From: Ignavibacteriota bacterium
GTDB lineage: Bacteria > Bacteroidota > Ignavibacteria > UBA10030
Assembly (NCBI GenBank): GCA_963727825.1
Contig: CAVSHO010000001.1
Location: forward strand, 160,001-224,000
DNA: 64,000 nucleotides
Direction of reading: 5' to 3'
Made by a program: the position numbers and the translations under genes. Below, piece by piece: positions 37,793 through 49,671 of this stretch (position 1 is the first letter of the stretch; every line of letters begins with the position of its first letter). Below the pieces are notes generated by a model, which did no database searches, had not been told where the DNA came from, and saw only the letters and a program-made list of their open reading frames with translations.

Positions 37793-38797
37793 GTGGCGAA
37801 AATAATAAAACCAAACGATGATGTTGAATCCGTAAAACGGCTCACGAAGGCATATGCGAGCCTGCGGGCGGAAATTGGCAAAGTGATTGTTGGACAAGAC
37901 ATCATTATCGAACATCTCTTCATCACGCTGCTTTCACGCGGGCATTGCTTGTTAATCGGCGTACCGGGATTGGCGAAAACACTCCTGATAAAAACATTAG
38001 CGCAAGCACTGGATTTAAAATTCAGCCGTATTCAATTTACACCTGATCTCATGCCGAGCGATATAACAGGAACTGAAATTATCGAAGAAAATATTTCCAC
38101 AAGAACAAAGGCGTTTAAGTTTATTCATGGACCGGTGTTTGCAAACATTGTTCTTGCCGATGAAATTAACCGTACACCGCCGAAAACACAAGCTGCTCTT
38201 TTGGAAGCAATGCAAGAACATCACGTAACGGCTGCCGGTGAGACCTATGTGCTCGATGAACCTTTCTTCGTTCTTGCAACACAAAATCCGATTGAGCAGG
38301 AGGGAACATATCCATTACCTGAAGCCCAGCTCGATCGGTTTATGCTCAATCTCTGGTTAGACTATCCGTCGTTCGCCGAAGAAGTTCAAATTGTTAAATC
38401 AACGACAAGTAAATATGACGCATCGATAAAGCATGTTCTTTCTGCCAGCGATATAATCGAGTTTCAAAAACTTGTACGCAGTGTACCTGTTGCAGATAAC
38501 GTCATTCAATTTGCAGTTAGGCTGGTAGATTGCACTAGACCATCCTCATCTGGCGCACCGGCCTATATTAAAAATTGGATTCGTTGGGGTGCAGGCCCAC
38601 GTGCATCGCAATATTTAATTCTTGGCGCCAAATCGCGCGCGATTCTTCATGGACGTTTCACACCAGACATAGAAGATGTAAAAGCAATTGCAGGGCCAGT
38701 ATTGCGTCATCGTCTCGTGACAAGTTTCAACGCAGAGGCAGAAAATGTTTCGGCGATCCAGATTGTAGAAAAATTGATTCAGGATGTGAAATCGTAA
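37793..38797 (+). CDS. MoxR family AAA+ ATPase
   Basis: GVPGLAKT, RIQFTPDLMPSDITG, LADEINRTPPKTQAALLEAMQE, ATQNPIEQEGTYPLPEAQLDRF. Confidence 0.95.
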   Translation: MAKIIKPNDDVESVKRLTKAYASLRAEIGKVIVGQDIIIEHLFITLLSRGHCLLIGVPGLAKTLLIKTLAQALDLKFSRIQFTPDLMPSDITGTEIIEENISTRTKAFKFIHGPVFANIVLADEINRTPPKTQAALLEAMQEHHVTAAGETYVLDEPFFVLATQNPIEQEGTYPLPEAQLDRFMLNLWLDYPSFAEEVQIVKSTTSKYDASIKHVLSASDIIEFQKLVRSVPVADNVIQFAVRLVDCTRPSSSGAPAYIKNWIRWGAGPRASQYLILGAKSRAILHGRFTPDIEDVKAIAGPVLRHRLVTSFNAEAENVSAIQIVEKLIQDVKS

Positions 38798-38815
38798 TTA
38801 AAAAATTTGAGAAGC

Positions 38816-40880
38816 ATGATGCGAATATTGAATATATCGATGCTTCTTCTTGCCTTGGTTACTGCACCTGCAGCAACGCAAACCAATCACTACTGGATTG
38901 TATTACATAATAAAGTGGTTTCGTCTTCTCTTCAAAAAAAACCACAGTCTCTTGGTATTACAGAGCGGGCGCTAAAGCGGCGTGCGAAATCCCTTCCTCC
39001 AGATAAGTTAATTGATGAATTTGATTTACAAATTTCAGAATCTGCTCTATCTCAAATCAAACAAACGGGAGTAAAAATTCGCGTTGTATCACGCTGGCTG
39101 AATGCCGTGTCGGTCGAAGCAACACCGCAACAGCTTCAACTGCTCAATGCCCTTCCGATAGTTTCGAAATGCGAACCGGTGGTGCGATTCAAAAATTCAT
39201 ATCCCGTGCCATCGCCAGTGACACAATCACAACTTATGAAATCATCAGGCGTTCAGACATTAAATTACGGGTTATCTGCAACACAGCTCACCAATATGAG
39301 AGTTGTTGATCTTCATGCAATTGGTGTGAATGGCACAGGCGTTCTTATCGGTATGATAGATGATGGATTCAACAATTACCGAACGCATGTGGCATTAAAG
39401 AATATTCAAGTAATTGCTACGTATGACTTTATTCATAACATTGTTGATGTTTCTAAGCAACCTTGGGAAGACACTACAAGTCCGAGTCAAGGCAATCATG
39501 GTGCGGGCACATTATCTGCAGTCGGTGGATTTGATAACGGAAATATGATAGGTGCGGCGTACGGCGCTTCATTTCTTCTTGCAAAAACAGAGATGGATAG
39601 TAGTGGAAACTCAGCGGATTTCCCTAGCGAAGAGGATACATACGTAGCAGGTCTCGAATGGGAAGAGCGCCTTGGTGCTGATATTACATCTTCTTCGCTA
39701 GGTTATAAAGAATTTGAAGATTCACTTTTTGTGCCGTTACCATACTATACGACTGCCGATATGAACGGAAAGACAACAAAAGTCGCCCGCGCTGCATTGA
39801 TAGCGTCGCGTAAAGGTGTGCTCGTAGTGACAGCAATGGGCAACGAAGGTTCAATTAGTGGCAAGGGGAATCAATCTCAGCGGGCAGATACAACACTTAT
39901 ATCTCCTGCCGATGCCGACAGTATTATCTCTGTGGGAGCAGCATCATCAGACGGCGAACTTGCGGTGTTCAGCAGCTGCGGTCCAACTGCTGATGGCCGT
40001 ATAAAGCCGGAGGTGGTTGCACAAGGTGTAGGAGTATATTGGGCTGATGGATCAACAACAACAGGTTATAGTAACGTCTCGGGCACATCGTGTTCTACGC
40101 CTCTGGTTGCCGGTGCTGCAGCGTTAATACTTTCTGCACATCCACAACTTACGAATATGCAAGTGCGTGATGCATTGATGAGAACAACTGTTCAAAGAAA
40201 AGATGGAACATCGGAAACTGCAATATATCCAAATAACTATTACGGTTATGGATTTGTTGATGCGTATGATGCTGCGTTATCCGCTGGACCTGTATTCAGT
40301 AATATTCCTGAGGTGACCACAGTCAATAATCAATTGATTGTTTCTACATTCATTATCTCGAATACTGGAATCTTAAACGATTCTCTTTTTTTTTATTATA
40401 GTATCAATGGGAACGTTTTCAATCGTGCTCATCTTCAGCCTACAAGTAATGCTCATGAATTTAGTGCGTTCAATCCCAAATTCTTCTAATGCAATTTCGG
40501 TAGTGGGATATTTTTCGATGTACGACAGCACAAATCAACATTATATCTACCCGGCTGTTGATACAATACAACATTTGCTTACAGTTGAAACATCTCTGCC
40601 GCAGAATTACGCATTATCGCAAAACTATCCTAACCCGTTTAATAGTGAAACAACATTCTTATTTGATTCTCCAGTAAGCGAAGAAATAGAAGTGATGGTG
40701 TTCAACGTCCTGGGTCAGAGAGTGAAGACGATATATCAAGGACAATCAGTTGCAGGTATAAATACTTTTCGATGGGATGGAACTGATGAACAAGGAATAC
40801 ATACTGCGACGGGCGTATATTTTGCCCGCTTAAAAACGCCGCGGACTATTCGTTCTATCAAAATGTTATATCTCAAATAA
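38816..40880 (+). CDS. S8 subtilase with C-terminal sorting/FlgD-like domain; +1 frameshift near 40470
   Basis: Triad IDDG, HGAG and GTSCSTP. ORF 40407-40880 carries LSQNYPNPFN..VFNVLGQ..WDG..GVYF. Removing one T from GCGTTCA fuses them. Confidence 0.85.
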
Positions 40881-40889
40881 TTACTGCCG

Positions 40890-43055
40890 ATGCCGGAGCT
40901 TCATCTTTCTCTTTTATTCCATCTTGTTTTACTTCTACTTGCTGTTGTATGTTCCATTATGTTATCGTTGTTTGTGTACCGTAGCACCGTGCCTCCTGTT
41001 TCATTTGTAAAACGGTACATGTTAATTTCTCTCCGAAGTATCGGATTACTTTTATTATTCCTTCTTCTTGGGGAACCACTGCTTTCGCTAGTTACTCATT
41101 CTGTTGATCAACCTGTCGTTGCAGTACTGGTGGATAATTCTCAAAGTATGGCAATAACCGACCGGGCAGGACGCCGGGAGGACATTCTTAAATCTATTCT
41201 CCATTCTGATATATGGAAAAAAATCAACAAAGAAGGAAGATTGACGTATTCAATATTTGACACAAAAGTCAGAAATCTTAAGGCTATTACCGATGATTCG
41301 TTGACATTCAAAGGCGAAGCGACTGACATAGCAGAAGCATTGAAATCGGTTAAGCAAATTTCTGCATCGTCTAATCTAAAAACTGTTGTGTTAATCACAG
41401 ATGGTAATTCGACAATCGGAATGAATCCATTATATGAAGCAGAAGAAATAGGTGTACCGGTGTTCATTGTTGGTATTGGTGATACAATCGAGCAGAAAGA
41501 TCTTCTCATCCGTAAAGTACTGACAAATGAGATCACTTATGCCGGGACCAAATTACCTGTAAACGTAACAGTGCATAGCGCTGGATTCGGCGGCGAACAA
41601 GTGAAAGTATCTCTCCGTAATGGTGCAACAATACTTGATGAGAAGTCGTTGACATTAGACAGCGGTACACGTGATTATATTATTCCACTCTCGTTTGTGA
41701 CGGAGAAAGAAGGGATGCAGAAATTTACGGCAGAGGTCTCGAATCTTCCGGGAGAATTAACACTACAGAATAATCGTATGAGTTTCTTCATTAAGATTCT
41801 TAAGAGCAAGCTGCGCGTTGCACTGATTGCTGGCGCGCCAAATCAGGACGCAGCGTTTATCAGGCGTGCGATAACGAATGATAAAAATGTTGAACTAAAT
41901 CCTTTCATTGAACAGAATGATGGGCAATTTTTTGAAAACATTTTGAATGAAGATGCGTTGAAAACGGTTGATTGTATCGTGCTTGTCGGATTTCCAACAG
42001 AACATAGTGATCCGCGAAGTTTGCAAATGATTTTAGATGCTTCGGCATTAGCAAAACCGTTTCTGATAATACTGAGCAGAACTATAGATTTTGGGAAACT
42101 CCATGCGTTGGACCAGCTGTTACCGTTCAATGTTGAGAATGGTACAAGCAATGAGCTCCAAATCTTTGCCGCGATTCCCGAAACTCAGCGGAATAATCCA
42201 ATCTTAAAGATTAGTGCAAATAGCGATAACGTTGAATTATGGTCTAAACTTCCGCCCGTGTTCCGCCAGCAGGGAAATTTCCGTTCAAAGGTCGAATCTG
42301 AAGTTCTTGCCACTGTTCGTTTGCAATCAACTACGCTTACTGATCCATTTATCGTGGCAAGGAACGTGAACAAAAAGAAATCTATCGCAGTGCTCGGTTA
42401 CGGTTTATGGCGTTGGAATATGTTATCAGATGCGGGAAACGGAACGGATCAAATGCTTGATCATTTCATGAGCAATGCTATTCGCTGGCTGACTACACAA
42501 GAAGATTCGCGTAGAATTCGAGTGCAATCATCCAAGCATATATACACGACGCAGGATGCGATCGAGTTCATTGCTCAAGTGTACGACGATAATTATCAGC
42601 CATTGGACGATGCCAATATTGAAGTGCGCGTGCAAAATGGAAGTGAAACAAGTTCAATATTATTAAACGCACTTGGCAGCGGCCAATATCAAGGTGAGTT
42701 TGAATCTTTACGGGAAGGTGACTACAAATTCATAGCGACGGTAATGGCTAACGGAGCGGCAATTGGCAACGATCAAGGTACATTCTCTGTCGGCGGCCTC
42801 AATGCAGAATTCCTTGATACACGAATGAACAAACCGTTGCTTCAACAGATTGCAGCGCAAACAGGCGGGCGGTATTATGACAGCAATAATTTCAGTTCGC
42901 TTGCAAATGATGTAACAGCTTTGCCAGATTTCAAACCGCGTGACAAAAGCAAGTCAGCAGAAATTGAAATCTGGAATTCAAGATGGATGCTCATGCTTGT
43001 TGTCTTTATTTTTACGCTCGAATGGTTTTTGAGGAAACGGAATGGAATGTTATAA
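40890..43055 (+). CDS. VWA-domain membrane protein
   Basis: N-terminal TMs, MIDAS DNSQSM, TD, ITDGN; C-terminal LEWFLRKRNG. Confidence 0.85.
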   Translation: MPELHLSLLFHLVLLLLAVVCSIMLSLFVYRSTVPPVSFVKRYMLISLRSIGLLLLFLLLGEPLLSLVTHSVDQPVVAVLVDNSQSMAITDRAGRREDILKSILHSDIWKKINKEGRLTYSIFDTKVRNLKAITDDSLTFKGEATDIAEALKSVKQISASSNLKTVVLITDGNSTIGMNPLYEAEEIGVPVFIVGIGDTIEQKDLLIRKVLTNEITYAGTKLPVNVTVHSAGFGGEQVKVSLRNGATILDEKSLTLDSGTRDYIIPLSFVTEKEGMQKFTAEVSNLPGELTLQNNRMSFFIKILKSKLRVALIAGAPNQDAAFIRRAITNDKNVELNPFIEQNDGQFFENILNEDALKTVDCIVLVGFPTEHSDPRSLQMILDASALAKPFLIILSRTIDFGKLHALDQLLPFNVENGTSNELQIFAAIPETQRNNPILKISANSDNVELWSKLPPVFRQQGNFRSKVESEVLATVRLQSTTLTDPFIVARNVNKKKSIAVLGYGLWRWNMLSDAGNGTDQMLDHFMSNAIRWLTTQEDSRRIRVQSSKHIYTTQDAIEFIAQVYDDNYQPLDDANIEVRVQNGSETSSILLNALGSGQYQGEFESLREGDYKFIATVMANGAAIGNDQGTFSVGGLNAEFLDTRMNKPLLQQIAAQTGGRYYDSNNFSSLANDVTALPDFKPRDKSKSAEIEIWNSRWMLMLVVFIFTLEWFLRKRNGML

Positions 43056-43067
43056 AGAAGGAATCAT

Positions 43068-43607
43068 ATGAAGCTTTCACGATATTTGACATGGCTGGTA
43101 GGATTTTTTGTTTTTGTCTCTCCTTTTTCATATCTCAAATCTCAGACTGCTGATCGGCACCATCAGTGGTGGGTAAATCTTGGAGCTGGCCCGGGATTGG
43201 TTAGCAGTACTTTTGCGATGAACGCTGGTATGGAGTACTGTTATCAATTTGACCAAAGCGTTATCAGTGCACGGATACTTGGCGTAACAAATTATAATCC
43301 AACTGTGCAAGAGATCGATCAGTCATATACAATCTACAAAATGGCTGACTATGGAATTCTTTACGGACCAATTTGGCAAACGGATTGCGGTTATATTTCA
43401 GTCGGAGCCGGAATTGGAATGGTGCGAGCGGCATACGAAACTCCGATTGACATCGCAACAAATACAAGCGTCAGTTTGCCATTTGAGGCGCAATGGTTCT
43501 GGCGTTTTACATCGTACGCCGGAATGGGTCTATATGCCTATGCAACATTAAACTATGAAAAACCGTTATACGGTGTGATGTTGTGTGCTCAACTTGGCGC
43601 TTGGTGA
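43068..43607 (+). CDS. Small outer-membrane beta-barrel-like protein
   Basis: Signal peptide, alternating aromatic beta strands, terminal W. Confidence 0.6.
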   Translation: MKLSRYLTWLVGFFVFVSPFSYLKSQTADRHHQWWVNLGAGPGLVSSTFAMNAGMEYCYQFDQSVISARILGVTNYNPTVQEIDQSYTIYKMADYGILYGPIWQTDCGYISVGAGIGMVRAAYETPIDIATNTSVSLPFEAQWFWRFTSYAGMGLYAYATLNYEKPLYGVMLCAQLGAW

Positions 43608-43723
43608 ACAAGCGAATAACGGCATATTTTTTATCAATAATATCCTGAGATGAAGGATAATGTACAACCAACAACACACAGCTCAATGCACTTCACTGCA
43701 ATTTTTTCTATCTTGATTCCAAT

Positions 43724-46285
43724 ATGACTCGGTTTTATTTACTATTATTCCTTTTTTCCCTCCCTGTAGTTGGATCGGCATACGCACAAACAGTAGCTGC
43801 AGATACTACAAAGGTACGAAGTTCCGTTCAAGATACTACAAAACGCAGCGCGAATGCAGGCATTGACACTGTTGTAAATTATTTCGCAAAAGATTCTATT
43901 ATTTATTCCCTCCGCACTCGTTATATGAATCTATATGGTAAGAGTGAGATGCGGTACCAAACTATTGGATTGAAAGCAGAACGCGTGAATGTGAACTGGG
44001 ATAATGCTACACTAATTGCACATGGTGTGCCGGATACCGTAAAAGCTGATTCTGTAATTGGCAAACCTATTATGCGCGACGGCAGTGAAGAGTATAAAGG
44101 CGATCAGGTGAAATATAATTTTCGCACACGGAAAGGAAAGATTACTATTGGCAACACGCAAATGGATAACGGGTACTATGTTGGCGATCAAATTAAAAAA
44201 GTGGAACCCGATGTGCTTTGTGTTGCAGACGGCATTTATACAACATGCGATTTGAAAGATCCTCATTTTTATTTTGCCAGCCCAGAAATGAAAGTATTTA
44301 TAGGTGATAAAGTTGTCGCAGAGCCCATATATTTATATATTGCGGATGTACCTGTCTTTGCTTTGCCATTCGGAGTATTTCCCGCGCACAGTGGGCGTTC
44401 ATCCGGTTTAATCGCTCCGGCATATGGTGATGACAATCAATATGGATGGTATCTAAGTCATTTAGGATATTACTGGGCTGCCAGTGATTATTGGGATTTG
44501 GCAACGAAGTTCGATTTATATTCTCGAGGACGATGGCAAAATCAAACAGATATTCGCTATGCGCTTCGGTATAACTTTGGCGGCAGTATTAGTGCCCGAA
44601 TAACCAGCACTCCAGAAGGCGAACCGAGCGATCCGGGCTACAATAAATCGCGCGACTATTATGTGAACTTCACGCATGGACAACAAATTAGTCCGTCATC
44701 AAATCTCAGCGTCAATTTCACTTTTATGAACAGCGACTATTTCAGGAACAACAGTTTCAGTCTTAGCGAAATTCTACAGCAGAATATGGAATCGTATGCC
44801 ACTTATTCAAAGAGTTGGGAATCTTCCAACCGATGGTTGTCAATTAACGTGTCGCGAGATCAAAATCTGACTACCAATGAAACCAGCGAGGTACTACCTT
44901 CGATCGCTTTTAATCAAGGAACGATTTTTCCATTCCGCAAGCAGACGAAAACACGTGGCCTTTCAACTACACCAGAATCCGATCTGAGTTTTGCTGAACT
45001 TTTAGGATTTAGTTACAATGCAAATTTCAACTCTACTCTTTCAAAGGTTGCCTCGTTAGTTTCGGCAAAATTAGATACATCACAAGTGGGACTTAGTCAA
45101 ATAAACGATTTTACCAACACAAATACGCAATCGCTAACGCAAAATATTTCACTAAGTATTTCTCCCAAACTTGGTTATTTCACAGTATCGCCTTCTTTCT
45201 CGCTAAGTGATACGAGAACGTGGACGCAGGCAAAGACGCCGGCAATGGACACGGTCAATAGTGATAGTCTGCGTATATATAACAGCAGCAGAAATCAGGT
45301 TATTATAGGAGATCTGAACACTGGCGTTAATGTGAGCACCCGATTCTACGGATTGTTCCAGCCGAATATCTTCGGCATCACAGCATTCCGTCAGACTGTG
45401 ACTCCCACAATCGGTTTGTTTTATAATAAACAGATTTACGGTGATAATATACCGAAGTATTCAATGACAGGTTCATTCAGCGTCGGAAACATTTTCGAAA
45501 TGAAATATCAAAAGAACGACAGCGCAAAAACAGAAGATAAAATACAGCTGCTCAATCTCAGCGGTAATTTCAGCTATAATTTTGCCGCGGACTCGATGAA
45601 ATTCAGCAATATAAATATTAACTACCGAACAGATATTGGACAATATCTCAGTGTTGGAGGAAATGCAAGTTATAATCTTTATGTCTTTGATCCGGCAGCA
45701 AACAACGGCCAAGGTGCTCGTGTGAACAAGTTCCTTTTAGAAGAGCAAGGTAAGTTCGGTGATCTAACAAATTTGACGCTCAGTTTATCCACCTCATTTA
45801 AAGGTGATAAGAAACAGAAGCCAAGTGAAGCTGGTATTCCGGATCTAATAAAGCAAGAACAGGCAGCAGTTTCGGGTGAAGGATCAATACAGCCAAGCCA
45901 GAGAAAAATGTACTATTCAATCTATGATATAGAAGATGCAGATTTCAGCATTCCTTGGAACATCACATTTGGCTATAACTTTTCACAATCGCGGCCGACT
46001 CCACAAAACTATTCACGCTCTTCTACAATCAATGCAAGTCTTTCATTTAATCTGACCGAGAAATGGCAGATTGCTACAAGTGGTTCGTATGACTTTGTCA
46101 ATAAAGAACACTTTATTCCATCTGTCAGCGTAACGCGGGATCTTCATTGCTGGGCAATGTCTTTTTCATGGTATCCAATGGGAACGCTCGAAGGCTACAG
46201 ATTTGAATTGAAAGTCAAAGCCCCGCAGCTTCAAGATTTAAAATTAACAAAGCAAAGCAACGACCGCGGGAATTATAGCTATTAA
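43724..46285 (+). CDS. lptD: LPS-assembly protein LptD
   Basis: YTTCD..PHFY, SG..AP.YG, GYYW, C-terminal RDLHCW. Confidence 0.85.
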   Translation: MTRFYLLLFLFSLPVVGSAYAQTVAADTTKVRSSVQDTTKRSANAGIDTVVNYFAKDSIIYSLRTRYMNLYGKSEMRYQTIGLKAERVNVNWDNATLIAHGVPDTVKADSVIGKPIMRDGSEEYKGDQVKYNFRTRKGKITIGNTQMDNGYYVGDQIKKVEPDVLCVADGIYTTCDLKDPHFYFASPEMKVFIGDKVVAEPIYLYIADVPVFALPFGVFPAHSGRSSGLIAPAYGDDNQYGWYLSHLGYYWAASDYWDLATKFDLYSRGRWQNQTDIRYALRYNFGGSISARITSTPEGEPSDPGYNKSRDYYVNFTHGQQISPSSNLSVNFTFMNSDYFRNNSFSLSEILQQNMESYATYSKSWESSNRWLSINVSRDQNLTTNETSEVLPSIAFNQGTIFPFRKQTKTRGLSTTPESDLSFAELLGFSYNANFNSTLSKVASLVSAKLDTSQVGLSQINDFTNTNTQSLTQNISLSISPKLGYFTVSPSFSLSDTRTWTQAKTPAMDTVNSDSLRIYNSSRNQVIIGDLNTGVNVSTRFYGLFQPNIFGITAFRQTVTPTIGLFYNKQIYGDNIPKYSMTGSFSVGNIFEMKYQKNDSAKTEDKIQLLNLSGNFSYNFAADSMKFSNININYRTDIGQYLSVGGNASYNLYVFDPAANNGQGARVNKFLLEEQGKFGDLTNLTLSLSTSFKGDKKQKPSEAGIPDLIKQEQAAVSGEGSIQPSQRKMYYSIYDIEDADFSIPWNITFGYNFSQSRPTPQNYSRSSTINASLSFNLTEKWQIATSGSYDFVNKEHFIPSVSVTRDLHCWAMSFSWYPMGTLEGYRFELKVKAPQLQDLKLTKQSNDRGNYSY

Positions 46286-46366
46286 AGATCTCAGAATTAG
46301 TCGTGCGGGCAGAATAAAAATGCCTGATAAATAACTTACCAAAAATGTCCTTCGTATGTTAAACAA

Positions 46367-46396
46367 AACGCCCGTTAGAAATTTCTAACGGGCGTT
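46367..46396. terminator. Perfect 30-bp palindrome between convergent lptD and clpX; terminator for clpX
   Basis: AACGCCCGTTAGAAA|TTTCTAACGGGCGTT, with a T tract on the minus strand. Confidence 0.75.
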
Positions 46397-46423
46397 CGAT
46401 TAACGATTGCCTTATTTAAACTG

Positions 46424-47683
46424 TTATGCAGATTTCCGTTCTTCGTATAAGTAAACGGGGTCTTTCGCTTTGATGATAGTATCTTTAGTGATAATGCACT
46501 TCGATACATTTTCCCGAGAAGGCAAGTGGTACATTACATCGAGCATAACCGATTCAATGATAGAGCGGAGCGCACGAGCGCCTGTACCGCGTTCCATAGC
46601 TTTATCTACTACGGACTTAAGTGCGTTCTCTTCCAACTCCAACTCTACACCTTCCAGCGCAAAAAGTTTTTGGTACTGCTTCACGATTGCATTACGCGGC
46701 TGGGTAAGAATATTCAAAAGCGCCGCCTCATCAAGCGGATCAAGTGTAGCAGTGACAGGCAGGCGACCTACAAATTCTGGAATAAGTCCGTACTTCAGCA
46801 AGTCACCCGGTTCTACTTGTTGTAATAATTTTTCACGTGACTTGCTTTTTTTGCCTTTCAAATCAGCGCCGAAACCAACAGGATTTTGACTGATCCGGTG
46901 CTCTATGATTTTTTCTAATCCATCAAATGCACCGCCGCAAATAAATAAAATATTCCTTGTGTTGATGTTAATAAGACTTTGTTCCGGATGCTTTCGTCCG
47001 CCTTTTGGTGGAACGCCTGCGATTGTGCCTTCAAGAATCTTCAGCAGTGCTTGTTGTACACCTTCGCCGGAGACATCGCGCGTAATTGATGCGCTATCAC
47101 CTTTTCTTGCAATTTTATCGATTTCATCTATATAAACAATCCCACGTTCTGCTTTCTCAATATTGTAATCAGCGTTCTGTAATAGATATACAAGAATCGT
47201 TTCAACATCGTCACCCACATATCCGGCTTCGGTCAGTGTTGTCGCATCAGCAATTGCGAATGGAACATCAAGAATGCGAGCAAGTGTTTGCGCCAGTAGC
47301 GTCTTGCCGGTTCCAGTCGGGCCAACAAGCAAAATGTTGCTTTTTTCGATTTCAACGTCATCAAGATTTGACATCTGATCGCTGGCATCAATTCGTTTAT
47401 AATGATTGTACACAGCAACAGCAAGTGTACGTTTGGCTAAATCCTGACCTACCACAAATTCGTCGAGCGCTTTCTTAATATCAATTGGTGTAAGCGAGCG
47501 CCTGAAACCAAACCGCCGCGCATTAATCGCCGCCATATTATTTTTAATGATATCAACGGAGCTGGCAACGCAGAGATCGCAAATGTATACATCTGGTCCT
47601 GCGATGATACTGTTGACTTCTTCCGGTGTGCGCCCGCAAAAGGAACAGGCTATTTTTTCGCCCTGTCTAGGTTTTTGTGTCAT
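46424..47683 (-). CDS. clpX: Clp protease ATP-binding subunit ClpX
   Basis: CSFCG..ICDLC zinc domain, [33 protein letters not shown] loop. Confidence 0.97.
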   Translation of the reverse strand: MTQKPRQGEKIACSFCGRTPEEVNSIIAGPDVYICDLCVASSVDIIKNNMAAINARRFGFRRSLTPIDIKKALDEFVVGQDLAKRTLAVAVYNHYKRIDASDQMSNLDDVEIEKSNILLVGPTGTGKTLLAQTLARILDVPFAIADATTLTEAGYVGDDVETILVYLLQNADYNIEKAERGIVYIDEIDKIARKGDSASITRDVSGEGVQQALLKILEGTIAGVPPKGGRKHPEQSLININTRNILFICGGAFDGLEKIIEHRISQNPVGFGADLKGKKSKSREKLLQQVEPGDLLKYGLIPEFVGRLPVTATLDPLDEAALLNILTQPRNAIVKQYQKLFALEGVELELEENALKSVVDKAMERGTGARALRSIIESVMLDVMYHLPSRENVSKCIITKDTIIKAKDPVYLYEERKSA

Positions 47684-47725
47684 ATTATTTCCGGCTATTT
47701 GTAGCTGCCGGCACTTTACAAACGA

Positions 47726-48352
47726 TTACTTTTCTTTTTTCGTTTCGGCGGTTCGTTTCACGAGGATGTTGTCTATTAATCCGTATTCTTTTGCTTCAGA
47801 GGCGGCTAAGTAATAGTCGCGATCAGTATCTTTTTCAATCTGATCCAACGGACGTTCCGTATGTGCGGCAAGAATTTCATTTATCCGTTTCTTCGTTTTA
47901 AGAATTTCTTCTGCCTGAATGCTTATATCTGATGCAGTACCTTGCACGCCACCCCACGGCTGATGAATCATTACCCGCGCGTTTGGAAGTGCTGTACGTT
48001 TTCCTTTCGTTCCACCTGCTAGCAGCACAGCCGCCATACTTGCAGCCATACCTATACAGATGGTTGAAACATCTGGTCGAATATACTGCATCGTATCATA
48101 AATCGCAAGTCCGGCAGACACACTCCCGCCTGGACTGTTGATGTACAGGTGGATATCCTTATCCGGATCATCCGATTCAAGAAACAGCAATTGGGCAATT
48201 GTCAAACTGGCAACTGTGTCGTCGATCGGAGTGCCAAGAAATACGATGCGTTCTTTAAGCAATCGTGAAAAAATGTCGAACGACCGCTCACCACGGCCGG
48301 TCTGTTCCACGACAATTGGAACGAGCTGATTATAAATTTTCGGATATGCCAT
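47726..48352 (-). CDS. clpP: Clp protease proteolytic subunit
   Basis: [23 protein letters not shown]. Confidence 0.97.
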   Translation of the reverse strand: MAYPKIYNQLVPIVVEQTGRGERSFDIFSRLLKERIVFLGTPIDDTVASLTIAQLLFLESDDPDKDIHLYINSPGGSVSAGLAIYDTMQYIRPDVSTICIGMAASMAAVLLAGGTKGKRTALPNARVMIHQPWGGVQGTASDISIQAEEILKTKKRINEILAAHTERPLDQIEKDTDRDYYLAASEAKEYGLIDNILVKRTAETKKEK

Positions 48353-48375
48353 AATGTAATTTTCCTTCTAATCGC

Positions 48376-49641
48376 TTATACTTTTTCTGGAACTTCCTTG
48401 ATCTTCGAGGAGTTCACAAGAATCTTTAATAATTTATCACCGATTAACTTGTCCTTGATTTGGTCGGAGGATTTGTAGTAATTGATAAGGCGGTCTTTTG
48501 GAATTTTAATTTTAACGGATTCTTCTTCCGCCAACTTTTCGAGATCTTCGTCGGAAACGGTAACATTTTCTGCTTTGATTAATTCTTCACGTAGCAGCGC
48601 CCACTTTGCCTGATAGATTGCATAGGTGCGGTTCTCTTCTTTGAACTTTTCTTCGTTAAATTCGGATGGCAGTCGCTTATCAGGATATTCATTTTTAATT
48701 TCTTCCAACAATCCGTCGAGCACACTGCGAATAAGCGATTCCGGCACTTGAAATTCATGACGCCGGATAATTTCCGCAGTTAATGAATTGATTGCCTGCC
48801 GTTCACTTTTTTCTTTCCAGTAAGCAACAATCTCTTCTTTGATATTCGTGCGCAACGTCTCTACCGTATCGAATTTGTTTTTCGTGACTTTAGCAACAAA
48901 AGCTTTGTCTAATGTTGGTAATGTTACCTTCTCTATTTTTTTAACGATAATTTGTGTCTTAACGGTGTGCGTCTGTTCAGCATGTTTGTGATCAAACTGC
49001 ACAGAATATTCACCATTTTTCTTAGCTTCTTTCAATGCATTTTTAAACGGTTGTTCAAGTTGTTCATCGGCAAGATAAAAACGAACATTCTCGCTCTTCT
49101 TATCAATCAACGGTGCTCCGGTTTCATCTAAGTCCTGTAAAGTTACTGTGACGATGTGCTCTTGGGAAGTAACGACTTCGACCTCCTCCATCGCTGCGTT
49201 AGCTCGCTGTAAACGGATTAGTTCTTTTTCCACTTCGTCATCAGTGATCGTGTGAACGATTTTTTCTACTTCGATGCCCTTGTATTCTTTTACTATAATC
49301 TGCGGCCGGACATCAAATTGGATTTTACATCGAAAACTTTCACCATGTTTGTAATCCATATCAACAAGGGTAGGTTCGCCGATCGGTTTTAATTCTTTTT
49401 CCTTTACCGCCTGCCGATAAAATTCTGCGGCAATTTCATTAAGAGATTCATTCTCAATTAAATCACCATACAACTTTTTAATTATGTCAATCGGCACTTT
49501 ACCTTTTCGGAATCCGCGAATCTCAATCTTCTTCCGATATTCCAAATATGCTTTGTTGAAATGAGGTGATAGATCTTCCGGTGTAGCTATAATTTCTGCC
49601 GAACGCAGGACATCCGATAATGATTGAATAGTAACTTCCAC
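48376..49641 (-). CDS. tig: Trigger factor
   Basis: IRGFRKGKVP signature; GTG start at 49641 with AAGGA RBS; tig-clpP-clpX synteny. Confidence 0.92.
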   Translation of the reverse strand: MEVTIQSLSDVLRSAEIIATPEDLSPHFNKAYLEYRKKIEIRGFRKGKVPIDIIKKLYGDLIENESLNEIAAEFYRQAVKEKELKPIGEPTLVDMDYKHGESFRCKIQFDVRPQIIVKEYKGIEVEKIVHTITDDEVEKELIRLQRANAAMEEVEVVTSQEHIVTVTLQDLDETGAPLIDKKSENVRFYLADEQLEQPFKNALKEAKKNGEYSVQFDHKHAEQTHTVKTQIIVKKIEKVTLPTLDKAFVAKVTKNKFDTVETLRTNIKEEIVAYWKEKSERQAINSLTAEIIRRHEFQVPESLIRSVLDGLLEEIKNEYPDKRLPSEFNEEKFKEENRTYAIYQAKWALLREELIKAENVTVSDEDLEKLAEEESVKIKIPKDRLINYYKSSDQIKDKLIGDKLLKILVNSSKIKEVPEKV

Positions 49642-49671
49642 GTAACTTCCTTTACATAATGATATGACCTG

